NCBI RefSeq assembly: GCF_001194135.2
Contig: NC_068981.1
Span: forward strand, 159,001,968 to 159,065,967
Direction: 5' to 3'
Source: Octopus bimaculoides
Taxonomy: Eukaryota
Length of the DNA: 64,000 nt
Shown here: positions 23,101 through 37,379 of the stretch, piece by piece
How positions within the stretch are numbered: position 1 is the first letter of the stretch
Layout of the letters: each line of letters starts with the position of its first letter
The notes under the pieces: model-generated
Seen by the model: only the letters and a program-made list of their open reading frames with translations
What the model was told of the DNA's origin: nothing
Databases searched by the model: none
Position numbers and translations under genes: made by a program

Positions 23101-26100
23101 CATATGAAGTCTTTCTATGTTAGTTGGCTTATGACCCCATTACAGTGGTGACATGGTGGTGGAATTGTACAGTAGATGTCGCTGGTGAGTACTGCCTATA
23201 GATGTAATTTGTGGCTTAGAGTGAACTGTCTCTGAGAAATTTTCAGTTGTCCTTTATGTTAAAGGTCTCTTTCTGTTCCTCCTCCTCCTCCTCCTCAATG
23301 TATGTATCTATCAGAGGCACCTTTCAGGTTTAACACCTTCCTACACCAGATTGTCTTATCTCTTAGTCTGTCTAAATTCTACTCTGAAGTCACTAACCAT
23401 TAGTCTAGTCTATGTAGAGTGATACATTCTGTACTGGTGAAAGGTTTAGTAATTACAACCATCTGTTTCTGTATTTTCTGTTGAGTATGAAGTTCATTTG
23501 GTTTGTGTGATTAAGTGACTGACCAATTTCCTTAGGCCAGTGTTGCAAATGGCTTGATCATTTGCATTACAGAATTTCAAGAGTTTTGATCCCTCCTCAT
23601 TTTTTGTACCATATTCATAGCCTCCTTGTTTCTGTAACACGTCCATCAAAGTCACCAGCTATGATAATAAGATCACTGTCATCCATTAGCAAGGTAGTCT
23701 GCAAAAGGATTTTATGGAGATAGTCCTTTTGCTTACCTGTCAGTCTTGATTATGATGCATTTGCAGAGAATGTGGGAATGCTACTGTTGTCATGTTGCTT
23801 ATGACTAGTTTGAACGAAATTATCCTGTCCCATACTTGAATGTATCCTGTCACATATTTCAGTTACTTAATTCATTTCTCTGCCAACAGAATGCATACTC
23901 TACCTATTCTATTGCTGTTACCCATCCAGAATTTGTACCTGTATTCTTTGTCCCTGAGTAATCTAGTTGAGGAGTTTCTTTATCTAATTGCTTGCATACA
24001 GCACATATTCATTTACCTATGCCCCTGAATCTTGACAATCTATCCAGTATTGACGGTAACAATCTTGAATTTTTGTACTTAGTAAGAAGCAGTGGGGAAT
24101 TTGATGGTGAATGAATTATTGCTTGTTGTCTGCAACTGAAAGGAAGAAGAGTTTGTGCAATTGTTTGATGAGAGTCGAGAGTTTCTCACATATGGCCAAA
24201 TGTGTTCATCTGCCCCCCCCCCCCACTGCCATGTGCAACACTAGCATGGTAAGTGTTAGTCATGTATGTGTAAATATGTCTATCATAATTTTGGCATGGT
24301 TTTATTGGTTGGTTGCCCTTCATATCATCAGAAAACTTTACAGCATGGACAAGGTGAATTTTATTGTACCATCAGCATTAGAGAGAAACTTTCTGCCAGG
24401 GCTAAAGGTGTCTCTACACTGTGTCACTTTTTATTCAGAGTTATTGCTCTGCTACACATGTTTTCTTCACTTTTTGTCTGTTAAAAAATATATGTTGTGT
24501 GTGTTGGAAATGTTCACAATATTTTTTTTTGTTACCTATTTATATCTTTCTGTTATAGCTGAAATAAATTCAACTTTTTGTCAATGCAATAGTTTCTTAA
24601 TGTTTTTGTATTCCTTTTGTCATATACTGTTAACTTTTTAAAGTGTTTAATTTCTAGTGAAAATCTTTTAAGCCCTTCTCTTTCACTTCAATAAATTTTA
24701 ACAAATAGACATAGACATGGTCTAGAAAATTGCAGTTCTCTAGAATGTAAATGTTGTTATGACATTTTCACAAAACATTTAAGCATGAAGGTTCATATAC
24801 ATGTTTTCTTAGACATATCAAATTATTTTTGAAATTCTTGATGTATCTTTCAAATCATGAACAATAGCTAACTCCCCCCCCCCCCCAAAAAAAAATAATT
24901 AGAAAGACTTCTATCATTGGCATAAATCCACATAACTGTTTAAAGGAACTCTGGCAGCAGTAATATCAAATTGTGTATTTGACTGGTACTTATTTTATCA
25001 ACCATAGAAGAATAAGACAAAAATCAATCTTGGTGGGATTTGAACTCTGAACATAAACATTACTAAATACTGCTCAGCATTTTTTTGGCAGTCTACCAAT
25101 TCTGTTAATCCACTAATAGTGATTTCTAATATTGGCCACCAACTTTGAGACAGGAGCAGTTAATTGAATTACTCAACTTGTTTGAACTTATTGACCCTGG
25201 AAAGGTGAATAGTAAGTTCAACCTTGGCAGAGTTCAAATTCAGAATGTAAAGATACATAACTAAATACTGTGAGGTATTTTTTTCTGGCACCCTTTCAAT
25301 TCTGATATCTGTTAACACTCTTTAAGATAAGTCTAATACACTATATATGTCTATATATATATATATATATATTTATATACTCATAACTATTTTCTTTTAA
25401 TAATAATTACTTTGCACATTGGCACAGGATACAAAAGGGGAAGATAAAATTGATTGAATTAACTCTAGTATACTTATTTTATCAGCCATAGTTAAGCCAA
25501 CTCATTATTTTGGGTTTGTGAAACAAATAATATTCTTCTAAGTGAATTGGGTGGGGAGAAAGGAAAAGGAAAAGAATTAGGAAGGGATGCAAATTTAAAC
25601 AAGGTATTCAGTAGAGCCTGGGAAGTGATACACATTACTGGTGAAAATAGATGTGGATTCATCAGTTTGGTTTTGAATTTTTAATCTTAGAAATATGCAC
25701 TAAACACAAATGAAATTTCAATACTGCAATATTACATCATCATTTAATGTCTGTTGTCCATGCTGGCATGGGTTGACAGTTTGATCAGAGCTGACAAGCT
25801 GGGGTTCTGCATCAGACTCCAGAAAAATAAATCAGCAATGCATTGTGTTCAAATATTAGCCATACAATCTTGTTAGTCCAGGTTTGTTTCCACTGTGTGA
25901 CACTTAGGCAAGTGTCCTTTTATTGCCTGTGTTGATTGTGGAATTTGGTAGGTGGGAACTGCAGAAATCAGTCGCGTGCAGGCACATGTGTGCTCCTGTG
26001 TGTTTGTTTACAGTGGCCTAAAAGTTAGTATTGACATTTATGTTGTGTTCTTTTATATCCTGTGACTTCATGGTTCAATAAATAGAATCAATAAAATAAG

Positions 26101-26959
26101 AATCCAATTGAAATAAGTGCCAGGAACAATATAATTGGCTAAAACTGTTGAAGGCAGTATCCTTGTAAGACTGCAGTTTGGTGATTGAAACCAGTAAAAG
26201 AATAAAGCAAAAATAACTGTCAGAGATAGGTCAAAAGAATTACAGAAGGAATGGTTTGCAGAAATAAAGCTCTAGGAATGACAAGAAAAGAAATTCTTAC
26301 TTCACCAGTCCATGCATTATTGAAGCATGACATAACAACACCCTCAAATTGCTCAGCATTGATATCATTTTATAGCTTCTATACATCTACTTTATACAAG
26401 AAGCATTGTTCACTCCATTCAAAAAAAAAACAAAAAAAAATCCCGAGTGAAAAGTTCAACTTTAAATGAAAAGATTCAGTGTTTGAAGAACTAAAGATAA
26501 GGTCAAAGTTTTGATCTTTAATCTAAATCACTATTTTTTACATCCTTGATAGCACAGCATTTGGATCAGACATCAAATGCTATTCCTAGTTATGGCTTTA
26601 CTTGAAGTCACTGACCTGCAGATATTCATCAACATCTGTCTCAGCATCCAGGGAGGTTCTGCAAAAGTCACTGCATTACTTCCACTGACTAATAAATAAA
26701 AATTTATAAATGAAATCGTGTTATTAGTGTTGGAGCATCTATCTGCTGGTTATTCTTTCTAGTATTGGACTAACACATGGAAGACAATGCATCTTTATCC
26801 AGAAAAATAGTGTAGTGCTTAGAGCAGAGAATGAATTTCTGATCTTTTGAATCTATTGTCCTGCAACCATTATTTCTCTCTAAAAACCAATTAACCAATC
26901 ATGCTGTTTGAAATATTTGGCTTGTTAAATTTAAAATACCCTGGCATTACTTCCTTCGA

Positions 26960-27342
26960 GGTGGAGGCATAATGGCCCAGTGGTTAGGGCAGTGAACTCA
27001 CGGTCATAGGATCACGGTTTCGATTCCCAGACCGGGCATTGTGAGTGTTTATTGAGAGAAAACACCTAAATCTCCACGAGGCTCTGGCAGGGGATGGTGG
27101 CGAACCCTGCTGTACTCTTTCACCACATCTTTCTCTTACTCTTACTTCCTGTTTCTGTTGTGCCTGTAATTCAAAGGGTCAGCCTTGTCACACTGTGTCA
27201 CGCTGAATATCCCCGAGAACTACGTTAAGGGTACACGTGTCTGTGGAGTGCTCAGCCACTTGCACGTTAATTTCATGAGCAGGCTGTTCCATTGATCGGA
27301 TCAACTGGAACCCTCGACGTCGTAAGTGACGGAGTGCCAACA
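26960..27342 (+). mobile_element. Young full-length tRNA-derived SINE (family B) with 11-bp TSD acttccttcga
   Basis: A box tggcccagtgg and B box-like gtttcgattcc. TSD at 26949-26959 and 27343-27353; (caa)n tail. Confidence 0.92.
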
Positions 27343-28133
27343 ACTTCCTTCGAAGTAGAAACAAAAATAATATAGTAGAATATCTTATGAGAAATACTAT
27401 TCACTTTGATATGTTATTGCATGTCTGAATAACATTTCTAATGTTCTTAAGTTTATGCAGTCTTTTGTTTGATATCAGCCAAAAGGTACAATGAGCATTG
27501 GAATTATTTATAGACCCCCCCCTCCCTACCGTTTATGTTTTAATGATGTTATATAGGTCAAATAATTTAATGAGTAAAAATAAGGAAAAGAATGTTTCTA
27601 AACGTTGGTTCATACAAAATGTAATCATATAGTTGCAGTCTTTGTAGTATAAGGAGTATTATTGTTAACTGGTCAGACCAGCTGTTAATACAAAGATGAA
27701 AAACTAAATAACAGAGAACATTTAAGAGAGTTTAATCAAGTGAAAACAATAAAATATAGGTGGGTTGTTATTGATCTTTATGAAATGAAAATAAAAACGA
27801 ATTGATTTTTGGTATATATTCAAATAACTATTCTCTCTTCACAAAAGACTGGCATTTCTTCTTTTTAATTTATTTCACTACTGAAGAAGGTGTGTCCTTG
27901 ATCTGATGATCTTTTAATATTACAATGAAGTTGATGTTGGCAGTTATTGAGATTTTTTTTTTGTTTTTTTTGTTTTGTTTATTTTTTAAAGTTGGGAGTG
28001 TAATAACAAAATGGGACTAAATAAATAGATGAATTCAGTTTTAGAGAATCAAACTAGTTACGTCAATTTTTATTTTGGTGCGGAAAACTTAACATGAAGA
28101 ATGATATAGTGGAGGTTAGGCAGTGCAATGAGA

Positions 28134-28175
<42 letters not shown>

Positions 28176-28439
28176 AGTACAGTATTTTATCTGTGGTCAT
28201 GGTTGCATTCAGTATTTTGGTGGGCAGAGAGTCGATTGTAGTAAATATGAGGTGGGGAGGAAATAAAATCATTGAGACAACAGTGAGTAAGCATGTTTAA
28301 TAAAAAAGTTCAATGGCTACTGGATATAATCAGGATGTTAGACTAAAGTGGTTGTATGGCATATGTGATTATTCCATAATAGGTAAAGTTTTGGTAGATA
28401 TATTTTCAGCTTAGAAAATGACTCAAATACAATTTTTAT

Positions 28440-28800
28440 ATCCAAAGTTCCAAGAGATGACCTGTTCCAATTGGGATGGTGGGGAAATTCTTCAGGATGG
28501 AATCGTTTATGTAAAGTGAGATTTCTGAAGATAAATAATAGTTTGTATTCTTATACTATTAAAGGCTATCAAATGTTGCTTGTTTCTACAAACTTTAGTT
28601 TTCTTTGGATATAAAAATTGTATATGAGTTATTTTCTAAGTGAAACTTCCAAGAAATGACTTGTTCCAGTTGAAATAATGGGGAAATTCTTCAGGATGGA
28701 ATCATTTATAAAAAGTGAGATTTCTGAAAATAAATAAAAGTTTGTATTTTTAGGCTGTCAAATATTGCTTGTTTCTACAAACTTTAGTTTTCTTTTAGAT
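28440..28800. repeat. ~200-bp tandem duplication (2 copies)
   Basis: ttccaaga..tgac..gttcca..ggggaaattcttcaggatggaatc..gcttgtttctacaaactttagttttct occurs twice. Confidence 0.85.
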
Positions 28801-29151
28801 GCAGAACTGAATTTTGTTAATGAGAAATGGGAATTAAAAATGAGACAATGAAAACAGCAAATAATGTAAGGTAGTGTTGTCAACATCAGTGGGTTGAAGA
28901 ATATCTGCCAGATATGATGTATAAATTTGATAATCATCATCATTTTTAATGTCCACTTGTCCATGCTCACATGGGTTGGACAGAATTTTGTTGAGGCAGA
29001 TGTTGCCAACCCTGACCAGACATGTTTTCACAGAAGATTAGGAATGAAGGACACAACTTGCATGATGGAGACATTTATTAACGACTATCATGATGTCAAG
29101 AAAAGGAATCAGTTACACAAACAGACCCCCCCCCCACACATATATATATAT

Positions 29152-29540
29152 AGGCTCAGATGTGGCTGTGTGGTAGAAAGCTTGCTTCCCAACCACTTGG
29201 ATCTGATTTAAGTCCTACCATGTGACACCTCGGGCAAGTGGCTTCTGCTTTAGCCTTGGGCCAACCAAAGCCTTGTGAGTAGATTTTGTAAACAGAAACT
29301 GAAAGAAACATGTCACATATATATGTGTATGTGTATGTGTGTGTGTTTGTTTTTGTGCCCCATCACCACTTGCAACCTGTGTTGGTGTATTTATGTCTCT
29401 GTAACTTAGCAGTTTGGCAAAAGAAATCAATAGGCTTTTTTTTTTTTTTTTTAAAGTACTGTGGTCAATTTATTTAGCTAAAATTCTTCAAGGCAGTGCC
29501 CCAGCATGGCTGCAGTCTAATGGTTGAAACAAGTGAAAGA
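29152..29540 (+). mobile_element. SINE family A
   Basis: gtggctgtgtggtag..cttcccaaccac head, internal (TG)n and family tail. Confidence 0.8.
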
Positions 29541-29844
29541 TATGTATATGACAGGCTTCTTTCAGTTTCTGTCTACCTAATTCACTTACAAGACTTTGGT
29601 CAGTCCAGGGTTACAAAAGAAGACATTTGCCCAGGATGCAATGCAATAGAATTGAACCCAGGACCATGTGACTGGGAAGTACTTCTTATTACACATCCAT
29701 GCTTGTGAATTAAAAATTAGTCCCAGCAAAATAGATACAACATAAGAAAAAAGACAAGTGGTAACCCTAAGCATAAAAATTAATTTTTCTTTGAAGGTAT
29801 TTTTAACTTCCTTCAATTGTCTCCCTTCTGTAAGGGTTACCCAC

Positions 29845-30240
29845 GACTGCTAGGATTTGTTTCCTTTTTCCAAGTGGATCATGCTAGGGCACCGTCTTGA
29901 AGGGTTTTTTAGTTAAACAAATCAACACTTGGACTTAGTTTTTTTTTAAAGCATAGTACTTATTGTTTCAGTCTCTTTTGCTGAACTGCTAAGTTACAGG
30001 AACATAAACTCGCCAACACTGGTTGTCAAGAGGTGATGAGGGGACGAACACAAAGACACACACACACACACATATGATGGGCTTCTTTCAGTTTTCATCT
30101 ACCAAATCTACTCACAAGGCTTGGGTCAGCCTGAGGCTATAGTAGAAGATGCCCAATGTGCCATGCTGTGGGACTGAACTAGGAACCATGTGGTTGGAAA
30201 GCAAGCTTCTTACCACACAGCCACGCCTGCACCTATAACC
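29845..30240 (-). mobile_element. SINE family A
   Basis: Reverse complement of the 29152 and 31433 copies. Confidence 0.8.
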
Positions 30241-31432
30241 ATGCAGTCATGCTTGTGCCTATTGAGATTTTTTTGTCTTTTCTACATATGTTATTTGCTA
30301 CATTACCACAGTACATGGATAATAGATTCAATCACTGCCTGGTGACTGTGTGAGGGGAGTTATAAAGAAAAAAGAACAAAATTAATCACAATGATTTGTA
30401 AATGGAAATAGACAATATGTGTTGAATGAAAAAGTTATGCGATGGTAACAGCTGAAGTGAAAGGGGGTTGTGGAGAGCAAGTTTAGGATTAGTTAGAAAT
30501 CAGCAAGCCAACTATGCAGCAATGTAGAACTGTTCAACTTGATGTTAACGTTTCTCAGTCAAGGACAAAGGGATAGCATTTCAAATACAATTTGACATTT
30601 TTGTTGGCAGTTTTTGTTAAGTCACTAAAATATGATGTAATAACAGGGTATGTGAATAAATTGGTGGAAATGATAGATCTTCCTACACCTTTTCAACAAC
30701 ACCATCCCTTCCATCATCATCACATCTGCAACATTTTAACATTTTCAGTGCTGGTGAGAAGTTTCGTTCAGATCCTGATAACGTTATGATTTTGACCTAC
30801 TCTTTACATGCAGCTGGTGGAGATTAGCTGTTGTAGTCTACCCCAAGTTTCTTCACTGTCTTCTTTTCATCCAGTTCATTTTTAATCAACAACTTACTTT
30901 TTGTGATACATTTCAAAGATTATAAATTTCTGTGATTAGTTGTTATCTACTTCTTTCATTTTTAACTATTTTTATGTAATGAATCTATTTTTGAAAAAAA
31001 GATTAATGACTGCAATGTTCTACTGGACTTCTGTTCCCTTGACCTTTACATTGAACCAAGTTACAATATTTGAGTTATGTTACTAGGTAAGGCAACTACT
31101 GCCTTATTGATAACAAGTTTCATTCTTCATGGTTAAGTCTTTTGTTATTATTATTTATCTCCAGATAAGACTCATCAAGTAGACCTATTATCAAAAGCAT
31201 TCCAGCTTTGACTATCCCATTATTAATTCAAACAGTGTATCTTAGACTATATTACCAAATGTGTTCTATATTTTAAAGAGACAATTGGAGGAGATTTAGC
31301 TGCTATTTCCAGATATAATGACCACATAGAAGCATCATTTCTGGCTCTAAATATGTACACATATTTGAAGTAACTGTATTTAAATATCCATTAGCTTGAG
31401 AAAAAAAAAAGCTATAAATAGAGTTAAAACTG

Positions 31433-31780
31433 TTAAGGTGTGGTAAAAAGTTTTCTTCCCAGCCACATGGTCCTGGGTTCTATGCTACTGCATGATACAT
31501 TGGGCAAGTGATAAAGCCTTGTGGGTGGGTTTGGTTGATGGAAACTGAAAGAAGCCTGTTGTGTGTGTGTGTGTTTGTGTTTCTCCCCTACCACCACTTT
31601 ACAACTGGTGTTGGTTTGTTTACATCCCTGTAACTTAGCAGTTCAGCAAAAGAGATCAATAAAGTAAGTACCAGGCTTAAAAAGAAAAATAAGTACTAGT
31701 GTTGATTTGTTTGACCAAAACCCTTCAAAGTGGTGCTACAATATGGTTGTTCTCTAATGACTGGCATAAGTAAAGGAAGA
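31433..31780 (+). mobile_element. SINE family A
   Basis: Homologous head, (TG)n and tail. Confidence 0.8.
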
Positions 31781-33779
31781 TGAATTAGCTTCTTTTTGAA
31801 ATTTATATTTTGATATATAGAATTTGTTAGGATATCATCTTTGTCATGTTGTGGATACTACAGCTGTTCATTTCTTTGTAATAGTATTAGTACAAATTCT
31901 GAATAAATAACGGCACGCGAGTGGATAGAATAAAACTTATTGTTAACAGAAAAATGGATTGAGTAATAGAGGTAATCATAATATGTGACCAAAATGATTA
32001 AGCTTAGACTAGTTATAGACATGACAATAGTGATCTCTACATAGATGTTGCAACAGAACATCATTTTCAATGTGGAACTTTGGAACTGGTGGTGAATTGG
32101 CAGAGGCTTTACAACATGAGGCAAAATGCCTTGCACTATCTGTTCCAGCTCTCTGCACTCTGAGTTAAACCCCACCATGGTCAACTTTGCCGTTTTTCTT
32201 TTTGGGATTGTTAAAATAAAGTGTAAATGCAGGTGGGTTAGCAGAATTGTTAGAAGACCTTGTGATTTTTGTCCCGGCTCTTTGTGTTCTGATTTGAGGA
32301 TAAATTGTGGTTATGGACACTGCCTTTCTTTCCTAGAATAATCAATAAAAAAATGTTTATATATTTTGTCTGTGGCATTGTCATCATAGTCAGGTACTCT
32401 CCAGAAGTTCTGATCTCAAGTTGATTCTTATTGAAGCCATTTTACTATTTCAACTCAATTGAAACATTGAACTTTTATTGGAAACAACCTCTTCTCTGCA
32501 TATGCTCCACAGGCAGAACTGACAACTAAGCAAAAGAACTATTTCTATATGGTCTTCTCATAAACTTCTTTGATAATAGGTAGTAGTAACTGCATTGTAG
32601 CTGGAGACTTTAATGAATTTATTAGTCAACACTATGATGGCTATTCTGATGAACATGAAACTATTATTTTTATGGTACAGAAATGAAACTGAATCAAGGT
32701 TCATGGTGTTTTGTAGTGCTGATGACCTAGTTATTTACTGTCCAACTATCTCATCACCAAGGGAACACATCAGCTAGTTAGATTTCATAGATGCCAGGAA
32801 ATGGCATAGACAGATGGTTGTGAACACTAAATTTTTGTCTAGTAAAGAAAGTATCACTCAACATAGATTAGTGATTAGTGACATTAGCATTAGAGCTAGA
32901 TTGACAAATTTGAACAAAGATCATCATCATTGTCATTTAACATCCATTGTCCCTGCTGGCATGGGTTGGATAGGTTGACCAGGGCTGGCAAACTGGAAGG
33001 CTGCACTAGTCTGTTTTCTCATTGTTTCTACGTCTGGATGCCCTTCCTAACACCAAACACACTGAGAGTGTAATGGGTGCTTTTATGTGCCATTAGCATG
33101 GGTTCCATTTGTATGACACCGGTATTTGTCATGACTGTGGTTTTACTTGGCTTGATGGGTCTTCTTCTCAAGCATAGCATAATGCCAAATGGTCTCAGTC
33201 CTTGCCTCTGTGAGGCCCAACACTCAAAAAGTGCTTTTACATGCTACCAGCACAGGTGCCATTTGCGTGACTCCTGTATCTACCATGACTGCAATTTTAC
33301 TTGGCATGATGGATAATATATCCCTTGGCTATTTGTAAGTTCAAAGTCATGTGAGGTGAAACATATAGTAATGAAGAGAAGATAGAAGATAAAGAAGTTT
33401 CTACAAAACAGCTTGCTTGCAAGCTATAGACCACATCTGTGGATGGAGCAATGTTCCAACCAGAGACAAAGTGAGAAGGTGGTGAAGTTTGTCACTAGAT
33501 CGTTATATGAACTAAAATAGAATCAGGCCTGTAAAAAATGATTGAAAGTGGGTATCAAGAAACAATATAAGTTAGCTTCAAAGGAAGCTATAGAAAAGGT
33601 ATATTTAATATGGGACAAACTGAAAGCAAATGGTTTGCCAATGTTCTGTAGTGTGAGGTGTTTTATATTGCAAAGCAGTGTGTCAGTATGAACCAGGACA
33701 CTGTTGGTGAAGTACATCTATAATGATAGTGTGGTGCACTTGTCCTCATTGATGCTAAGAAGAAAGAGTCATGGAAATG

Positions 33780-34430
33780 TCGTGGGAGGTTGCTGAATGA
33801 GAGAAACTACTCCAAGTAAACTCAACTGAGAGATCAGGCATTTAAGTTGACTTCTGTATGATTGAGTTATTAAAGGATATGAAGGCTAGTGACCATCAGG
33901 AGTAGTCATTCAGATACTGAAAATATCTATCAAAGCAGGATATGTAATAGCCACCTTCATATTTAAGTCAGAGTAGTGTCATCCTTAATGATTGGTTTAG
34001 CATTGTTATCAGTTACTATGAAAGAAAAAGAGCTGCTTCAGAAAGGAGCAATTATAGAGGCATCAAAAGAAGGTACCAACTAATTAGGAAAAGAATTAGC
34101 TTAGATAGAATGCAGTTTGGATTTATACCAGAATGAAGAATCACCAGTGCCTCTTTGTGGTGAGTCTACAAGAGAAGTTCTAAGCCAAGAGCAAATCACT
34201 ATGTCTAGTATTCATTTACTTATAGAAAGCTTTTGGCATATTTTCAAATTCTAGTCTCATGGTTGTTAAGAAACTAGGATGTAGATAAATGACTTGTGAG
34301 AGCTTTGCATGCCATTCACAAGAAGGGTGTCAGTAAGAGAGTATGTTAAGGATTTCAGCATGCAAGTAATTGTTCATGAGGGCTTGCTTCTCAGCTCTCT
34401 TCCTTCTATTATAGTTTTCCAGGCCATATC
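33780..34430 (+). mobile_element. Highly decayed RTE reverse transcriptase fragment
   Basis: Reads RMQFGFIP..ITSA...LQEKF*AKSKSLCLVFIY..KAF, resembling RT motif QFGFxPG..LQEK..FxDLEKAF. Confidence 0.55.
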
Positions 34431-35931
34431 ATTAGGGTTCAAGATTGGCTGTTTGCGGGAATTGTCTTAATTTCTGGCCCCCAGTTTTTATTTTGGATTT
34501 ACTTTAATTAAAATTTTATTTTGTATTGCAAATTTTAGGACCGAATTGTTGTTGTTTAGCTCTAGCTTAGTGCTGACCAATCAGATGTATAATAAGATGG
34601 ATTCAAGCTGTGATCATCCTGTCTGTAAAAACAATTAATCTCTGTTTCTGATATCCAGCGCATCCTTCTCAATGTTTGAGAGAGATTTGTTTGCTATTTT
34701 TCACCACATTGAGTGATCATGTAGTTATTTACTGATGTGAGATAAGTAAATCAGTAAGATTTTTATATCTACATGAATTGTTGATGTTAAATAACTTTAC
34801 AACTGATTGTTTCTTCCACTGTGATGTTATGAGTTACATTTGTTTTCAAGATAATCTTATTGCAGTAATTAAACCAGTGTTTATTGTCAGGCTGGAACTC
34901 TGGAATTTACAGTTAGTTTTACATTAGAGATCCATATTTATTGTCAACTTGAGTAATTCATCATGAGTAATTCCTTCCTACTTCATACTCTATAGAATGA
35001 CCCAGAAAAATAGTTCACACAAACAACAATTTATAAGATAACAATACTTAAATATTTCAAGAGGGCTAGTAAAAAATCCATTGTCTTTAAAAATTGTTTC
35101 ACTAATAATTTAACCATTTTGGTACTTGAAATTTTCTCCAGTTCTATGTTAGAAAACTGCTTATTTTAAAGTGTGTGTAATGTTCATATTCTTGATAAAA
35201 CATGAAATAAACTTTAATGTTCCAAACGTCAGCTTAATACAGAAATAAATGTAAGTATTAGGTACTTTATTAAATGCTATTGGAGTTTTATTAATTTTCA
35301 AAATTACTGTATATACTCATGTAAAAGTTGAATTTTTCAGACCCTTTTTTAATGTCAAATTTATGGGGTCAACTATTACATAGATACTACTTTTGAGGGG
35401 CTGAAATTCAAGCTAGAACCCGAAGTACCATGTTAGTAGTAGAAGCCCAACTGATGTCTAAGTGAATAAAAATAAAAACACAATGAATTACAGTATTATC
35501 AATTCTATGCATCAAACCGCACTTCCTTGTAAATAACATAACTCATAAACAAGACCGCGTAGCTCATATAAATATTTACACTTTCTCTTTTATTTGTATC
35601 CATCAAACTTAACAGACTAGCTGAGTGAAATCAATTTATATCTCATAATTATGTTATATTACCACTGGTAACATGCCTACCCAGTACCGGCATGCCACTA
35701 CCTACCGTAATACGGTGCATACAGCTGATACCTACTCGGTGTGTTTCAAAAAAAGTTGCAAGATGTCATGTGCAGTTACCAGTAAATGTCCATGATATGG
35801 TGTAGATTTGTTATTCTGGAGCAGGGATTTCCAGAGTGTGTTCTGCAAAACCCCAGGGTTCCCTGAAAGTTATCAGGGGTTCCACATTTTTAAAAATAAT
35901 GTCAAAGGATTCTATGGCAAAAAAAAAAAGG

Positions 35932-36310
35932 GGAACCACTGATCTAGCAATTAACTAAATGTTCTTAGGCTTACCAAAATCATACCTCTGTACAAATTCA
36001 TACAGTGGTGTTTGCTGTTATTCATTGATAGTGCTGTCTGTGAAACATGTTTCTCACCATGTAAACAGATGAGCGTATGATGCATGTGTTTATTGTATTT
36101 GGGGATGAAGAAAATATAAAGGTTGTATTGGAACCACTGATCTAGTGATTACTTGAATGTTTTTAGGCTTATCAAAGTCCTGCCTTTGTATGAATTCAGA
36201 CAGTTGCATTTGTCAATGTTCACCAATAGTGCTGTCTGTGAAACATGTTTCTCACTATGTAAATGATGAGTGCATAACGCTTGTGTGTGTTGTGCTTGAA
36301 GATGTATGCA
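35932..36310. repeat. 198-bp-period tandem duplication adjoining a hAT-like MITE end (ggaaccactg-atctag)
   Basis: ggaaccactgatctag at 35932 and 36130; atagtgctgtctgtgaaacatgtttctcac appears in both units. Confidence 0.8.
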
Positions 36311-36887
36311 GGCTTGCAACATATCCTGTGCATACATTTTAGTATGGTGATGTAGCACCCATCAACAGATGTGTAATGCTTGCTATTAAATGGTGTTTTA
36401 CTATAAGCACTGAGCATTCCATTATAAACACCAAGCATTCCACCTATAGAGCAGGCTACTGTGTTATTTCTACATACAGGAGAATATGGTACCTTGACCC
36501 ACAAATGTTGTCCTGTTGTTCATGAAATACTAGGGTTGACTTTTATATGGGATCTATGGAATATTCCCAATTTTTTTGGCTAAAAATAGGGAGTCAACTT
36601 TTACATAAGATCGACTATTACTCATGTAGTTCATTAGAAATATGGTTATGAAAATGTTAAATGATTATACTCCCTCTCATCTCCCTTACATCCATCGAGG
36701 ATCATTAGTGCCCACTTTAAAGGAACCAACAGTCTACACTAATCTAATGGTCTACTATTGGGATGATGAACTTTGGAACATAAGTAACAAACTAACAATG
36801 TGTTTTTCAGTTAATTTCAAATCTATTTAGAAACTATGTCTGCACTTCTTAATAATGCAGAACCTCTTCATTTGTTTCATTTTTTAG

Positions 36888-36979
36888 CTGATGAAAAAAA
36901 TTGGTAATGTGAAAGCAAAACAAGTTTATGAAAAATATGTTCCACCCTTTTACAAAAAGCCCAAAGTAACAGATCCTGG
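36888..36979 (+). CDS. ADAP1: ADAP1 coding exon: LMKKIGNVKAKQVYEKYVPPFYKKPKVTDP(G)
   Basis: tttttag acceptor and GTAAGT donor, 92 nt, phase 0 to 2. Matches FMASHGNDAARARFESKVPSFYYRP. Confidence 0.95.
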
Positions 36980-37379
36980 GTAAGTATTACACTTGAGTTA
37001 TATTAAAGCAAATGGAACGTTTTGATATGATTTTCCAGTTCTTGTACCCCACCTTCTTTTGAATGTGAAATGATTTTGTTGACAATTAAGCTTTTGATTT
37101 TGACATTTCATCCTTTTACTTGTGCTCATGACTGGCATATTATTGCAATACTTCATAAGTGAAGTATTGCTGACACAAAGCTCAACTTTGGTTGGAAATT
37201 TGATTTCCTGTAATCTTAGAAGTTTCTTTTCTTTTTGGAGCAGCATCAGTGTTCAGCACCCTTTTTCAAGAATGTTCTGCTCACCTTTTGAAGAAGGGGC
37301 CTGAAAAGATACCCTATACATTACCTACTTAATTCCATAACTGACAAAGACTTTACTTAAATGTTGAAAAGGTGATAAA

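Noticed and set aside
26960-27030. tRNA-like cloverleaf heads (also 13141, 43730-43796, 45200-45269)
   Set aside because: They continue into SINE bodies with TSDs, so they are not stand-alone tRNA genes.
27880-27910. CTGAAGA-agg-tgtgt-cctt
   Set aside because: It is followed by GATC rather than GAAA, and no stem I or III forms.
32646-32670. CTGATGA-acat-GAAA
   Set aside because: The spacer is too short to form stem II, so it is likely chance.
35664-35783. 9-bp inverted ends (actggtaac/gttaccagt) around a GC-richer patch
   Set aside because: The ends are too short, with no TSD or second copy, to support a MITE call.
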